Below, one piece after another: positions 18,207 through 27,940 of a stretch of 64,000 nucleotides of DNA. Below the pieces are notes generated by a model that was not told the origin of the DNA, ran no database searches, and saw only the letters and a program-made list of their open reading frames with translations. Where the stretch lies: positions 64,001-128,000 of the forward strand of contig CAXXJS010000031.1 in assembly GCA_963662665.2 (NCBI GenBank), read 5' to 3'. The stretch's first letter is position 1. Every line of letters begins with the position of its first letter. This DNA comes from Candidatus Latescibacterota bacterium (GTDB lineage: Bacteria; Latescibacterota; UBA2968; GCA-2709665). A program made the translations under genes and the position numbers.

Positions 18207-20528
18207 TCATCGGCCGGCGACACGCGCCACCCAGATGCTGAATTCGTAGAGCAGCACCAGCGGCAGCGCCATCATCAGCTGGGAGATCGGATCGGGCGGC
18301 GTGAGCAGAGCCGCCAGAACAAAACCGATCACCACCGCATAACGCCGGCCCCACCGCATCCGGTCTGCGGTCAACAGACCGATCCGGCTCAGGAAAAAGG
18401 CAGCCACCGGAAGTTCGAAGACAACGCCGAAGGCCACCAGCAGTCTCAGAACAAAGCCGGTGTAGTAACCGATATCGAACTGGGGGTCTACGCCGGTCCC
18501 TTCGCCAATCAGGATGAGGAACCGAAACGACAGGGGCACCACGCTGAAATAAGCAAGGGCCCCGCCCAGGACAAAACAGACCGACGATGAAAAAACAATA
18601 AAAGATACGTACCGCCGCTCGGTTGTCAACAGACCCGGAGCGACGAAGATCCACAATTGATACAGGAGAAACGGCAACGCCAGGATCGCACCGCCTACCA
18701 GGGCAATCTGGAATTTGACGAGAAACATCCCCATCGGCTTCAGATAAATAAGCTTGACCGGCGGCTCAACGGGGGCTACGCCCAACAGCTTCAGGAAGGG
18801 GGTCGCTTCCCGCACCGGCAGGACGAGCCACCCCAGAATCGCGTCCGAAAAAATCCCGCAGATGATGGCTCCAACCGTGAGAGCCGCCAGACCCTTCAAT
18901 AAGCGCCAGCGGAGTTCCTCCAGGTGATCCAGAAAGGGCATCGCTTTGTCTTCGGCGCCCGAGGACGGTTCAGGCGCGTGTTCTGCAGACGTGCCGGAGT
19001 CGGGGGGCAGAATGGAATGGTCTGCATCCGCCGGGTGCCGGAGGAAGGCCATCGCCACCAGAATCGCGCCCGCAATCAGGCACAACTGTGAGAACAGATC
19101 CCCGTACCTGGTATAAAACGTCCTTGCGCTCCGTGGCGACACCCCCTTCGTCAACACGGCCGGATGGAATATTCCCGTTGTTCCCGACTTCCTTCCGTAT
19201 GGGTCGATGAACGTGGACACACCCGTATTCGCGCAGCGCACCACGGCACGCCGGTTCTCAATGGCGCGAAACACCGCCGACTCGGCATGCTGATAGGGTC
19301 CGGAAGTACGACCGAACCAGCCGTCATTGGTAATGACGACCAGAAACTCTGCGCCCCGGTCCACAAATGACCGGACAAATCCCGGAAAGACCGAATCGTA
19401 GCAGATCAGTGCGGAGAACCGGGCCTCGGGGCCGCTGAATACCGTCCGCGCCTCGCCGGAATCCCAGTTACCCCCCACGAACCCGCCGCCCGTGAACCTG
19501 ATCTTCCGCAGAAAAGGCAGCAACTCCGGGAAGGGCGCCCGTTCGCCGAACGGCACCAGGCGAGTTTTATCGTAGAATCCCGTGATCCCTTTCCGGGGCA
19601 CAAACAGAAACGAGGAGTTGTATACCTTTACCGGGTCGCCGGTAACAAGCCGGTACGCGCCCGTATAGAGGTAGATGTCCAGCGAGTCCACCATCGCCTG
19701 CACGCGTTCTCGATGGTGCCTGTACAATTCCCCTTTCATATAGCCGACCGCCGTCTCGGGCCACACCACAAGCTTCGCCCCCTGCATCGCGGCTTCAACG
19801 GTCATTGGCTTCAACTTACCGAAATTGTAATCGAATCCCCGGTATTCCTTGGCAACAGGCGGCATATCCGGCTGGACCACACCTACAGGCACGGCCCGGT
19901 CGTCCGGATCGTGTTTCAGCGTAAAATACCCGTTTGCCGCCGGTCCCGCAAAGAGGGCCGCCAGCCCGGCGGCCCATGTCCAGCGGCGCGCTTCGTACCG
20001 CCAAAGCATCAGTATGCTCAGATTGACCACCACAATCCAGAATGATACGCCATATACCCCCGTCACGTCCGCATACTGGATCAGCCACAGATAGCCCGTC
20101 TGCGAGTTTCCAAGAACCACCCACGGAAAACCCATATCTCCCAATGAATTGAAATACTCCAACCCGACCCACAGAAAGGGAGCGCTCCACATGCCCGCGG
20201 CGCCGAACCGCCCCACGACGCGGGAATACGTCCACAAGAACAGCCCGCGGAACAGGGACATGTAAAAAACCGCACCGGCCATGCCGGGCGGCGTGATCCA
20301 GCCGATCCAGTAAAGTGTCGTTCCGTAGAAGAATAACCCCTGAATGAATCCCGCGCCAAAGGCCGCACGGCCGCGAAGGCGTTCCGCCGAAATCAGCAGC
20401 GGGATCAGCGCAATGTAAGACAGGAATCCCAGGGGCAGGGGTGGAAATGCGGCGCCCAGGACAAGGCCCGAAACCGCCGGAAACACAACCATCCATTTCC
20501 AGTCTGTGCCCTGCCGTAACTCCGTCAT
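18207..20528 (-). CDS. Fusion of apolipoprotein N-acyltransferase Lnt (N-terminal, about 500 aa) and twin-arginine translocase TatC (C-terminal, about 245 aa)
   Basis: Lnt triad motifs WPETA, YDKTRLVPFGE, ICYDS plus TNDGWFG and RAIENRR. TatC motifs MPFLDHLEELRWRL, YQLWIFVAPGL, FGVVFELP, LTPPDPISQ. RBS GGAGG. Confidence 0.9.
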   Translation of the reverse strand: MTELRQGTDWKWMVVFPAVSGLVLGAAFPPLPLGFLSYIALIPLLISAERLRGRAAFGAGFIQGLFFYGTTLYWIGWITPPGMAGAVFYMSLFRGLFLWTYSRVVGRFGAAGMWSAPFLWVGLEYFNSLGDMGFPWVVLGNSQTGYLWLIQYADVTGVYGVSFWIVVVNLSILMLWRYEARRWTWAAGLAALFAGPAANGYFTLKHDPDDRAVPVGVVQPDMPPVAKEYRGFDYNFGKLKPMTVEAAMQGAKLVVWPETAVGYMKGELYRHHRERVQAMVDSLDIYLYTGAYRLVTGDPVKVYNSSFLFVPRKGITGFYDKTRLVPFGERAPFPELLPFLRKIRFTGGGFVGGNWDSGEARTVFSGPEARFSALICYDSVFPGFVRSFVDRGAEFLVVITNDGWFGRTSGPYQHAESAVFRAIENRRAVVRCANTGVSTFIDPYGRKSGTTGIFHPAVLTKGVSPRSARTFYTRYGDLFSQLCLIAGAILVAMAFLRHPADADHSILPPDSGTSAEHAPEPSSGAEDKAMPFLDHLEELRWRLLKGLAALTVGAIICGIFSDAILGWLVLPVREATPFLKLLGVAPVEPPVKLIYLKPMGMFLVKFQIALVGGAILALPFLLYQLWIFVAPGLLTTERRYVSFIVFSSSVCFVLGGALAYFSVVPLSFRFLILIGEGTGVDPQFDIGYYTGFVLRLLVAFGVVFELPVAAFFLSRIGLLTADRMRWGRRYAVVIGFVLAALLTPPDPISQLMMALPLVLLYEFSIWVARVAGR

Positions 20529-20599
20529 TATTCAGGCACCTCCAAACCCCTCTGCAGGATCCTGTCCGGCCGCGCCGCTGCGCTTCAGCGTGGGGACAG

Positions 20600-20640
20600 A
20601 AAAACCGGTTGGGCGCAAGCAGTGAGTCCCGCCAACCGGT
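20600..20640 (-). terminator. Intrinsic terminator-like hairpin inside the lnt-tatC 5' leader
   Basis: Minus strand ACCGGTTGG..CCAACCGGT followed by TTTT. Confidence 0.55.
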
Positions 20641-20672
20641 CTGGTTGAACCCCACCCCGGAAACCGGCTTAG

Positions 20673-20700
20673 AATATAAAAGAATGAACCTTTTTGTCAA
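20673..20700 (-). promoter_or_regulatory. Sigma70 promoter towards lnt-tatC
   Basis: TTGACA-16 nt-TATATT on the minus strand. Confidence 0.65.
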
Positions 20701-20725
20701 ACCGGTACCACTCCGCCTCACGCGC

Positions 20726-20754
20726 TTGACAAGCCATCTGGAATACGATAATTT
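20726..20754 (+). promoter_or_regulatory. Sigma70 promoter for bioF
   Basis: TTGACA-17 nt-TAATTT (alternative GATAAT), divergent from the lnt promoter. Confidence 0.6.
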
Positions 20755-20805
20755 TCGTCCACCCTTCGCCTTACCTCAACCGCAATCACTCATAGTATCC
20801 TGACA

Positions 20806-21969
20806 ATGCTTCCCCAACTCGCCACGGAACTGGACAATCTGAAATCACGCGGACTGTACCGCAGCCTCCATCTGCTGGAGGGCGCGCAGGGCCCCAGAGT
20901 CCGCATTAACGGAAGAGAGCGTCTACTCTTCTGCTCCAACAACTATCTCGGGCTTGCAAGCCACCCCGATCTTAAAGAAGAAGCCGGCTCCGCGCTACGC
21001 ACATACGGCCTCAGCGCGGCGGCCTCGAGGCTGATTTCAGGCAACATGGAAACGCATCGGAGGCTTGAACACCGGATGGCCGGCTTCCTGGGAACCGAGG
21101 CGGCTCTGTGTTTTCCCACGGGCTACATGGCGAACCTGGGCGCGGTAAGCGCACTTGTGGGCGAAGCCGATGCGATTTTCAGCGACCATCTGAACCATCG
21201 CAGCATCATCGACGCCTGCCGGCTTTCCCGTGCAAAGACCTTTGTCTATCGCCATAGGGACGTCGACCATCTGGAAAACCTGCTCAGGGCCCAGGTCGAC
21301 TTCCGGCGACGCCTGATCGTCACCGACGGGTTGTTCAGCATGGACGGCGACCTTGCCCCCCTGTCCGACCTCGCGGACGCCGCAAACCGGTACAACGCCA
21401 TACTGATGGTTGACGATGCGCACGGGACCGCAGTCCTCGGCGATTCCGGGCGGGGCACCCACGAACACTTCGGCGTTACGAAGGGCATCGACGTTCTGAC
21501 AACCTCCGGCAGCAAGGGGATGGGCGCCTTCGGCGGGTTTGTTGCCGGAACAACGGAACTCGTTGACCTGCTGATCAATCGAGCCGCTGCCTTTATTTAC
21601 ACCTCGGCACTGCCACCCGATGCCTGCGCGGCAGCCACGGCCGCTTTGCGTCTCATCCAAACCCGGCCGGGTCTGCGAGACAACCTGTGGCGAAACGTCC
21701 ATACCGTTCAAACCGCCCTGAAAGACCTTGACTTCGATCTGATGGGCTCCCAATCCCAGATCATTCCCGTCCTGATCGGCGACGCAAAGCGCACGATGGC
21801 GATTTCGGACCATCTGTTCGATGAAGGGATCTACCTGAGCGGCATCCGGCCGCCAACCGTACCGGAAGGCCGGAGCCGCCTGCGCCTCACGCTCATGGCC
21901 AACCACAGCGACGAGGATATCACTCGTCTCATTCAAGCGATGGCAGATGTCCGCACGGCATTCTTTTAA
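20806..21969 (+). CDS. bioF: 8-amino-7-oxononanoate synthase (alpha-oxoamine synthase family)
   Basis: CSNNYLGLA, TGYMAN, NHRSIID, FSMDGD, VDDAH, IRPPTVPEG. Confidence 0.85.
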   Translation: MLPQLATELDNLKSRGLYRSLHLLEGAQGPRVRINGRERLLFCSNNYLGLASHPDLKEEAGSALRTYGLSAAASRLISGNMETHRRLEHRMAGFLGTEAALCFPTGYMANLGAVSALVGEADAIFSDHLNHRSIIDACRLSRAKTFVYRHRDVDHLENLLRAQVDFRRRLIVTDGLFSMDGDLAPLSDLADAANRYNAILMVDDAHGTAVLGDSGRGTHEHFGVTKGIDVLTTSGSKGMGAFGGFVAGTTELVDLLINRAAAFIYTSALPPDACAAATAALRLIQTRPGLRDNLWRNVHTVQTALKDLDFDLMGSQSQIIPVLIGDAKRTMAISDHLFDEGIYLSGIRPPTVPEGRSRLRLTLMANHSDEDITRLIQAMADVRTAFF

Positions 21970-23161
21970 AATTATCGCCGGTTTTTTCGCGCTGCACGTC
22001 TTTCAGGCGCCCGTGCACACGGCGACCCTGAACGGCACGGTAAGGGACAGCGCGACCCGCGCGCCGTTACCTTTCGCCACGGTCATTCTGCCGGAACTCA
22101 GGCGCGGGGACCTGACGGACCTCTATGGCCGCTTCACGGTTTCCGACCTTCCCGCGGCCCCCATCCGCGTCCAGGTATCATACGTCGGCTATCGGACGGC
22201 ACTGCGGAAGATTGTCGTTCCCAACGTCGCAATACACCCGCCGGACATCCTGCTTTCCCCGTCTCCAATGACCCTGAAGTCCCACGTGGACCTGCCGCGT
22301 CCCACCCTCACGGTTCTGATTGGAAAAATCGGTCGGAAACGCCGCGAAAACGTGTTCCACACGCGATACTCAAACCTCCGGACGCACGGATTCGCATTGG
22401 TAGGCACTCAGACCCTTTACGCCGGCGCCCACGCCGGTGCTCGCATCCTGGCACGGATCGACTACGACGGCCGGGGATATTACAGGAACCCGGGGGAGGT
22501 CGCCCAGATCATAACGGCGTACCGGTCCCGCAACGCGCCGGCGCAGCAATTCGGCATGCATCCAGGCGTCATCGTAAATATCCGCAGCGGCCGCCTCAAC
22601 GGCCGCGATTTCGACGTGGGTCCTCTGCCGCTGGAGGGGGACGCCAGTAGGGATTACCGCTATCGTCTGGTCAGTACCGTACAGATGGGGGACGTGGCCG
22701 TACACAAGATTCACGTCGAACCAGGAAAAAAGAGACGCCCCGGACTTGAGGGCGCCATCTGGATTTCCGCAACCGACTTCTCGCTCGTGGGCTACGACCT
22801 CGTATTGAACAGGAAGGGCCGAGAGTCACTCGGCATCAAGGAACTCCGCACCTACCAGGAAAACGCCCTGTATTACGACCGCTACTGGCTGCCGGTTTTG
22901 CAAACCGTGCGCATTACGACCGACTCCGGCGCCCTGGCCGAACAGACCACGCGTATCGGCGGATATACGCTGAACCCCGCGCTTCACGACTCCCTGTTCA
23001 GCGCGGGCCCGTTTTCCATGCAACCGGATGCGACCCGGCTCGGCGCCGCCTATTGGAAAGCACGCGACGACAGCCTGCAGACCGCGAGGCGAAGTGCAGT
23101 GCTGAAGCTGCTCGAAACCAACGCCGTTCCGCACGGGTGGAAACGGCTCTTGAATCAGTAG
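21947..23161 (+). CDS. Secreted protein with carboxypeptidase-regulatory-like N-domain (DUF5686-like)
   Basis: Signal peptide; GTVRDSATRAPLPFATV..SYVGY; YRYRL..GAIWISATDFSL..YWLP. Confidence 0.65.
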   Translation: MSARHSFKIIAGFFALHVFQAPVHTATLNGTVRDSATRAPLPFATVILPELRRGDLTDLYGRFTVSDLPAAPIRVQVSYVGYRTALRKIVVPNVAIHPPDILLSPSPMTLKSHVDLPRPTLTVLIGKIGRKRRENVFHTRYSNLRTHGFALVGTQTLYAGAHAGARILARIDYDGRGYYRNPGEVAQIITAYRSRNAPAQQFGMHPGVIVNIRSGRLNGRDFDVGPLPLEGDASRDYRYRLVSTVQMGDVAVHKIHVEPGKKRRPGLEGAIWISATDFSLVGYDLVLNRKGRESLGIKELRTYQENALYYDRYWLPVLQTVRITTDSGALAEQTTRIGGYTLNPALHDSLFSAGPFSMQPDATRLGAAYWKARDDSLQTARRSAVLKLLETNAVPHGWKRLLNQ

Positions 23162-23292
23162 GGGAGTCTGCCGGATCAACAGCGCGCGCCAGGAATGCCC
23201 GGCATGCACGTTGACTCAATCCCGGTCAGAACACTCGAAGCAAGGGGCATGCCGGCCCGAGAAAGGTGAGATGTTCGAACAAGGAGAACCCG

Positions 23293-24054
23293 ATGCACCC
23301 ACAAACGGCTGTCCCTGAAACGCTCAATCGCATTCGCATTGTACTGGCGGGCACAAAAGAGCCCGGGAACATCGGCTCGGTGGCGCGCGCCATGAAGAAT
23401 ATGGGCCTCTCACGTCTCTACCTTGTGGACCCTCCGGACCATACGTGCGGCGACGCAAGAAAAATGGCGCACGGATCGGGAGAAGTGCTCTACGGCGCGA
23501 CGGTATGCGAATCGCTTGAAGAAGCCCTGGCCGGCACGGTCCTTTCGATCGGGACGACCCACCGGACGCGGGAGCATCTGGACATCATGTACGGACCGCG
23601 CCACGTGGCGGAAAAGCTGGTTTCCCTGCCCGAAGACAACGAAGCCGCCCTGGTATTCGGCCGGGAAGAAAACGGCCTCACCAACGATGAAATGCGGCTC
23701 TGCAGCCTGATCGCCAATATCCCCACGGCCCACAGGTATCCCTCGCTGAACCTTTCCCAGGCCGTCCTCATCTTTGGCTATGAGCTCTTCCGCGCGGCAG
23801 CCACGCCTCGCGAAGTGCCGGAGCTCGACCTGGCGACTTTTGAAGAGATGGAGTCCCTCTACGCCCACGTCGGATCCGCGCTGGACAAGCTGGGCTTTCC
23901 CGCCGACTATATGCCCAAGGCCTTCCCGCGGTCCATCCGGCGCCTCTTCGGGCGCCTGTCCATGGATCGCCGAGACGTTGCCACCATGCACAGGATCTTC
24001 CGTCAGATCGACAAATTCGTCGCCGTACATAAATCAGACGCGGAATCAGGCTGA
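23293..24054 (+). CDS. SPOUT RNA methyltransferase, TrmJ/LasT family
   Basis: PGNIGSVARAMKNMG, VFGREENGLTN, YPSLNLSQAV; RBS AAGGAG. Confidence 0.9.
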   Translation: MHPQTAVPETLNRIRIVLAGTKEPGNIGSVARAMKNMGLSRLYLVDPPDHTCGDARKMAHGSGEVLYGATVCESLEEALAGTVLSIGTTHRTREHLDIMYGPRHVAEKLVSLPEDNEAALVFGREENGLTNDEMRLCSLIANIPTAHRYPSLNLSQAVLIFGYELFRAAATPREVPELDLATFEEMESLYAHVGSALDKLGFPADYMPKAFPRSIRRLFGRLSMDRRDVATMHRIFRQIDKFVAVHKSDAESG

Positions 24055-24084
24055 TCCCGCGCCCCATACGCGCACCGCGCGTGC

Positions 24085-24206
24085 TTCATGTCCCAGTCAG
24101 GGTCTTCCGTGTCGAACGACGCGTGTCCCGTGGCGATGCCATCCTCGAGAATCCGGCGCACCGTCTCCCAGTTATCCGGTGTCATCGGCGTGACGATCGG
24201 ATTCAT
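24085..24206 (-). pseudogene. N-terminal fragment of a phosphinothricin-type GNAT acetyltransferase
   Basis: MTPDNWETVRRILEDGIATGHASFDTEDPDW resembles the YncA/Pat N-terminus; similarity ends after about 40 aa. Confidence 0.65.
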
Positions 24207-24231
24207 CGGCGTGCTTCCTGTCACGTGAGAA

Positions 24232-25107
24232 TCAAAGGCGGTCGGGGAAGTATCTGAAGAGATGCGTCTGCCATTGCGACAGGGGGCTCCGGCCGGTCCG
24301 TTCGTATAACGCCAGGGAGTCCCGCGCATTCATGGCCTGAGAGCGTCGTAACGGATTGCAGAATTCGAATTCCAGGCCGCCCCTGGATTCTTCTCTTGCG
24401 TACACCTTCAAACAGTTCAGAAGGTCGGGTCGCCGGAGATCGAATGGGACGCACGCGCTTCTCGCCAGGATTCCCTCGTGGAAGAACCCGGGGACGTCGC
24501 GCTCCAGCCCTGCAATCCTCCGTCTGCCGTACTGATACGAAATGCTCAGGAAGACCCGGCCGCCGTCGCGAAGATACTTCCTGGCGCCGCGAAGCACAGC
24601 CCGCCGGTATCCGAATCCGTCATCGTCTTCGCTCGCGTCCGGGTTGGCGATGAGGAAATCCGCACGCCCGCTGAGCGACTCGAACGAACGCATGTCGCCA
24701 TCCGCGAACGGTGTGTATGAGTCCGACTGCATGAACGCTACTTTTTCTTCGACGCCGTTCAACCTGGCGTTACGCCGGGCTACGGATACGTTTGTTTCGT
24801 CGATTTCCAACCCGACAACCCGGTCAACACCGGGTGCGCGCGCGGCCATGACGGACAGGCAGCCTCCGCCGCTTCCCCAGTCAATGCCGATTCCCTCGAG
24901 CAGGTGTTTGTGGCCGCCGATCGCTTCAATGGAGATCATGCTGGCCGGTGTGATTGGCGTGGTACCCGGTGGATGCAGGAGCCGGATTTCGCCAAGTCCG
25001 TGTGTCAGGTCATCTCCCAGCGTCGTCTCATTGCCTTCTTGTAGTGAAACGTCGCCAATACTGGAAGCAGTTCGTTCTTCTCTCCTGCGATCCGCCATCG
25101 CCTTCAT
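24232..25107 (-). CDS. Class I SAM-dependent methyltransferase
   Basis: IDWGSGGGCLS, VVGLEID, LIANP. Confidence 0.8.
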   Translation of the reverse strand: MKAMADRRREERTASSIGDVSLQEGNETTLGDDLTHGLGEIRLLHPPGTTPITPASMISIEAIGGHKHLLEGIGIDWGSGGGCLSVMAARAPGVDRVVGLEIDETNVSVARRNARLNGVEEKVAFMQSDSYTPFADGDMRSFESLSGRADFLIANPDASEDDDGFGYRRAVLRGARKYLRDGGRVFLSISYQYGRRRIAGLERDVPGFFHEGILARSACVPFDLRRPDLLNCLKVYAREESRGGLEFEFCNPLRRSQAMNARDSLALYERTGRSPLSQWQTHLFRYFPDRL

Positions 25108-25145
25108 CCCCGTTCGTATTGTGTGGGTGTTTATACGCGTGATAT

Positions 25146-25529
25146 CTATCCGCAGGTACCGTCGTTTCTGCGGTGGATGCAGAGCAGGTTACCCCATGGA
25201 TCCTTGATCCAGGCCATCCGGCAGCTTCCGCTATCGGCCGGCTCCATCACGATTTCAACGTCCATACGGCGGAGTTCGTTCACCGCCTCGTCCACGTCGT
25301 CCACCGCGAACGCGATCCCCGGTCGTCCCGCTTCCTCGTCCCACCGGACCAGCGCCAGGCTGACGGGACGGGTATCGAACTCCGTCCACGTGTCCCGGCT
25401 TCCGTCGCCCTTGATCCCTCCGTCGTCGATGAAGTCCTGATCGAGCCCCAGCACATTCCGGTAGAAATGAACCGCCTCCCTCGTATCGGTCACGTGGGAA
25501 ATCACGAAGTCGATCGCTTTCACTTTCAC
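25146..25529 (-). CDS. VOC/glyoxalase family protein
   Basis: AVHFYRNVLGL, IAFAVDDVD, IKDPWGNLL; RBS GGAGG. Confidence 0.88.
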   Translation of the reverse strand: MKVKAIDFVISHVTDTREAVHFYRNVLGLDQDFIDDGGIKGDGSRDTWTEFDTRPVSLALVRWDEEAGRPGIAFAVDDVDEAVNELRRMDVEIVMEPADSGSCRMAWIKDPWGNLLCIHRRNDGTCG

Positions 25530-25580
25530 GCGTCATACCCTCCTCCCGAAACGTCGCGTCTGGCGGCGGTCCGGCATTCC

Positions 25581-26063
25581 TCAATCCTTCAGTTGCTTCT
25601 CCATCACGATCACATCACGCACGAGTCCGCACGGAAGCCTCTCCGGCGGCCGGTCTACTTGTGTATATCCGTTGGCGCGGTAGAAGCGGGGCGCCGCGAC
25701 GTTGTATTCCGTATAACACAACCGTGCGGTGTGATGTCCCGCGAGCTGAATCTCCTCCTCGGCCACCTTCAATAGCAGGCTTCCGATTCCCCGCCTCTGG
25801 AAGGACGGATGGACCCAGAGATCGGCGACTTCGTGACCGTCGGTGCTTGTTAGTCCAAGGATTCGTGACTGGATTGTTGCCACCGTGACCTTCGGCCAGA
25901 TTTCCGGGAATCGCTTGCTCTCGGAATCCGCTTCCATCCAATCCCGCACAACCTCCATCGGCGCCAGTTCGCAGTTTCCCGAAAGCCAGGACCGCTGCGC
26001 CAGGTCGGCGAGCGCCGGTACATCCGCCTCAACCGCGCGGCGGGTCTTGAATTCGAGTTTCAT
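25581..26063 (-). CDS. GNAT N-acetyltransferase
   Basis: LWVHPSFQRRGIGSLL, NVAAPRFYRANGY. Confidence 0.88.
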   Translation of the reverse strand: MKLEFKTRRAVEADVPALADLAQRSWLSGNCELAPMEVVRDWMEADSESKRFPEIWPKVTVATIQSRILGLTSTDGHEVADLWVHPSFQRRGIGSLLLKVAEEEIQLAGHHTARLCYTEYNVAAPRFYRANGYTQVDRPPERLPCGLVRDVIVMEKQLKD

Positions 26064-26785
26064 TGACTTCTCTCCACGGGTGCCAATGGCTTCATCAGAA
26101 CCGTCCACGTACCTGGCAAGCCGAGAGCATTGGCGCTCTCCGGACAGACCTTCATCGGCCGTAAATCGAGAATCTCGAAAAATCCCGCGAGTATTTCTCT
26201 AAGCCTATTCTCGGTATAACCGATGCCCGGAGGCATCTGTCCACGTTCGTATATTTCCCAGTCTTCGACGGGTTGACCGCCGGTCGTGTCGAAACAGGTC
26301 ATGCCGAAGAATCCGTTCGGGTTTATAGCCTGTCGAACCAATTCGAGATAGTATGGCCTTCGATGCGGCGGAAGATGATGGAACAGACCGGCGTCGTACG
26401 CAACGTCGTAATGGTTCTCACGCAATGTTACGTCAAAGACCGACCCGACGATGAAATTGGCGCGAACCCCCTCTTCCTCCGCAATCAAACGCCCTCTCGC
26501 GATCGCGACCCGCGACAGATCGATGGCGTCAACCCTGAAACCTGCCTTCGCCAGATAAATCGCGTTCCGACCGATCCCGCATCCCAGATCAATGGCGTTA
26601 CCCGACCTGAGGCGCCCCTGATTAATGTAACCGACCAGATTCTCATCCGGGACGTTCCTCAGAAAAGGCGGCGTCCGCTTTCCCTCCGTGTAGAAGGACT
26701 CCCATTCTACCAATTCAGACGGGGCGGGGTCGAACAATGCCGAGTCTTCTTCAGTTAGAATCGGTTTTCGTGGGATGTCAGCCAT
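26060..26785 (-). CDS. Class I SAM-dependent methyltransferase
   Basis: PDENL, IDLGCGIGRN, YDAGLFHH; start trimmed to ATG 26785. Confidence 0.85.
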   Translation of the reverse strand: MADIPRKPILTEEDSALFDPAPSELVEWESFYTEGKRTPPFLRNVPDENLVGYINQGRLRSGNAIDLGCGIGRNAIYLAKAGFRVDAIDLSRVAIARGRLIAEEEGVRANFIVGSVFDVTLRENHYDVAYDAGLFHHLPPHRRPYYLELVRQAINPNGFFGMTCFDTTGGQPVEDWEIYERGQMPPGIGYTENRLREILAGFFEILDLRPMKVCPESANALGLPGTWTVLMKPLAPVERSQ

Positions 26786-26873
26786 CTGAGGCGCTTCGAA
26801 TCTGTCGGTCGCACCGGCTCGTGGTAGGCGTCCGGAGACGACGTCGTCAATTTGGACGTTAGACAATCTTCGT

Positions 26874-27260
26874 TTATCCGATCTTCAAGACGTGATCGAT
26901 CAGCCTTTCTGTCAGTTCCTGCCTCGACACTTGTCCCGAAGCAACACCCAGGATAACGGTCTTTTGCTCATCCACTTTCGCCCTGATTTCATGTCCGTTC
27001 AGAGCAAGAAACACTTCCATCGCTGCGTGTCCCGATCTCTCATTCCCGTCGACAAAGGGAAGATTTCGAGTCAGAACGAAACAGAGGACGGCGGCTTTCT
27101 CGATCAGCGTTGGATAGAGATCCCGCCCGGCAAAAGACATTCGGGGGTGCGCGATGGCAGATTCCAATCTGCCCATGTCACGCAACCCCGGTGCTCCGCC
27201 TGACTGATCAACAATACAACCGTGAAGGTCGATCAGTTCGGCCAGAGTAAGAAATCTCAT
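26874..27260 (-). CDS. Fic/Doc (death-on-curing) family toxin with a degenerate active site
   Basis: GLRDMGRLESAIAHP, LYPTLIEKAA; the Fic motif reads LPFVDGNER instead of HPFxDGNKR. Confidence 0.85.
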   Translation of the reverse strand: MRFLTLAELIDLHGCIVDQSGGAPGLRDMGRLESAIAHPRMSFAGRDLYPTLIEKAAVLCFVLTRNLPFVDGNERSGHAAMEVFLALNGHEIRAKVDEQKTVILGVASGQVSRQELTERLIDHVLKIG

Positions 27261-27455
27261 TAAGTCAGCCTTCTATATAATTTCTCATTCTTATTCAATA
27301 CAGGCGTTACTGAAGCATCGAACTCTGCCCGGGGCCTGTCGAGCAGTTCGTCTTACGCTGCCTTCGCAAGTTCCTCCCGGGGGGATACCCAGTCGTTTTT
27401 CGGTTGCATCCAACTCTTGGTTCTGCGATTCCGTAAGATCAAACGAGAGCTTCAT
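27260..27455 (-). pseudogene. Decayed antitoxin of the Doc module
   Basis: MKLSFDLT..RLGIP, then a +1 frameshift at CCCCCCGGG, then EELAKAA*DELL..VLNKNEKLYRRLT; TAATG overlap with doc. Confidence 0.75.
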
Positions 27456-27610
27456 TGGATTACCCTCTTGTTTTTGCATATTGTCGACTTCCGAAATAAA
27501 AACGTACACTTGCGTGGTATCCGCTGTACATCCGAGCCGGAAAGAGCAAGTGCAGAATGCAAGGATCATCCGTGCGACTTCGTAATCTGAGGTTCGTCGC
27601 ATCGATGATG

Positions 27611-27940
27611 CTACCTGGCGGGGAAGACACGCACCACCTGACCAGGTCGAATTTTCGAAAGCATTCGTTCGAGTTCCGGCACGACCTCAATCAGGTCGCC
27701 AAGTGCCTCGCTGGATGAACGCAAGACCGCCACGGCCAGGTCGAAATGTCGAACGGGCTGTTGATAAGGCAGATTGTTGTCCATCGTAACCAGAACATCG
27801 AAATGTCGTTGAGCAAAACGAAGCAATTCGCCGTTTTTCAGTCCCTTCCAGCCCCGGTACTCCACGGTTTCGACCTCGACTTCCGAACGAAAGTAGAGCC
27901 TTAAGCCTACCGGAATATCCTCATCGAGAAGCACCCGCAT
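27611..27940 (-). CDS. DUF5615 PIN-like toxin
   Basis: MRVLLDED, GWKGLKNGELL, FDVLVTMDNNL. Confidence 0.85.
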   Translation of the reverse strand: MRVLLDEDIPVGLRLYFRSEVEVETVEYRGWKGLKNGELLRFAQRHFDVLVTMDNNLPYQQPVRHFDLAVAVLRSSSEALGDLIEVVPELERMLSKIRPGQVVRVFPAR

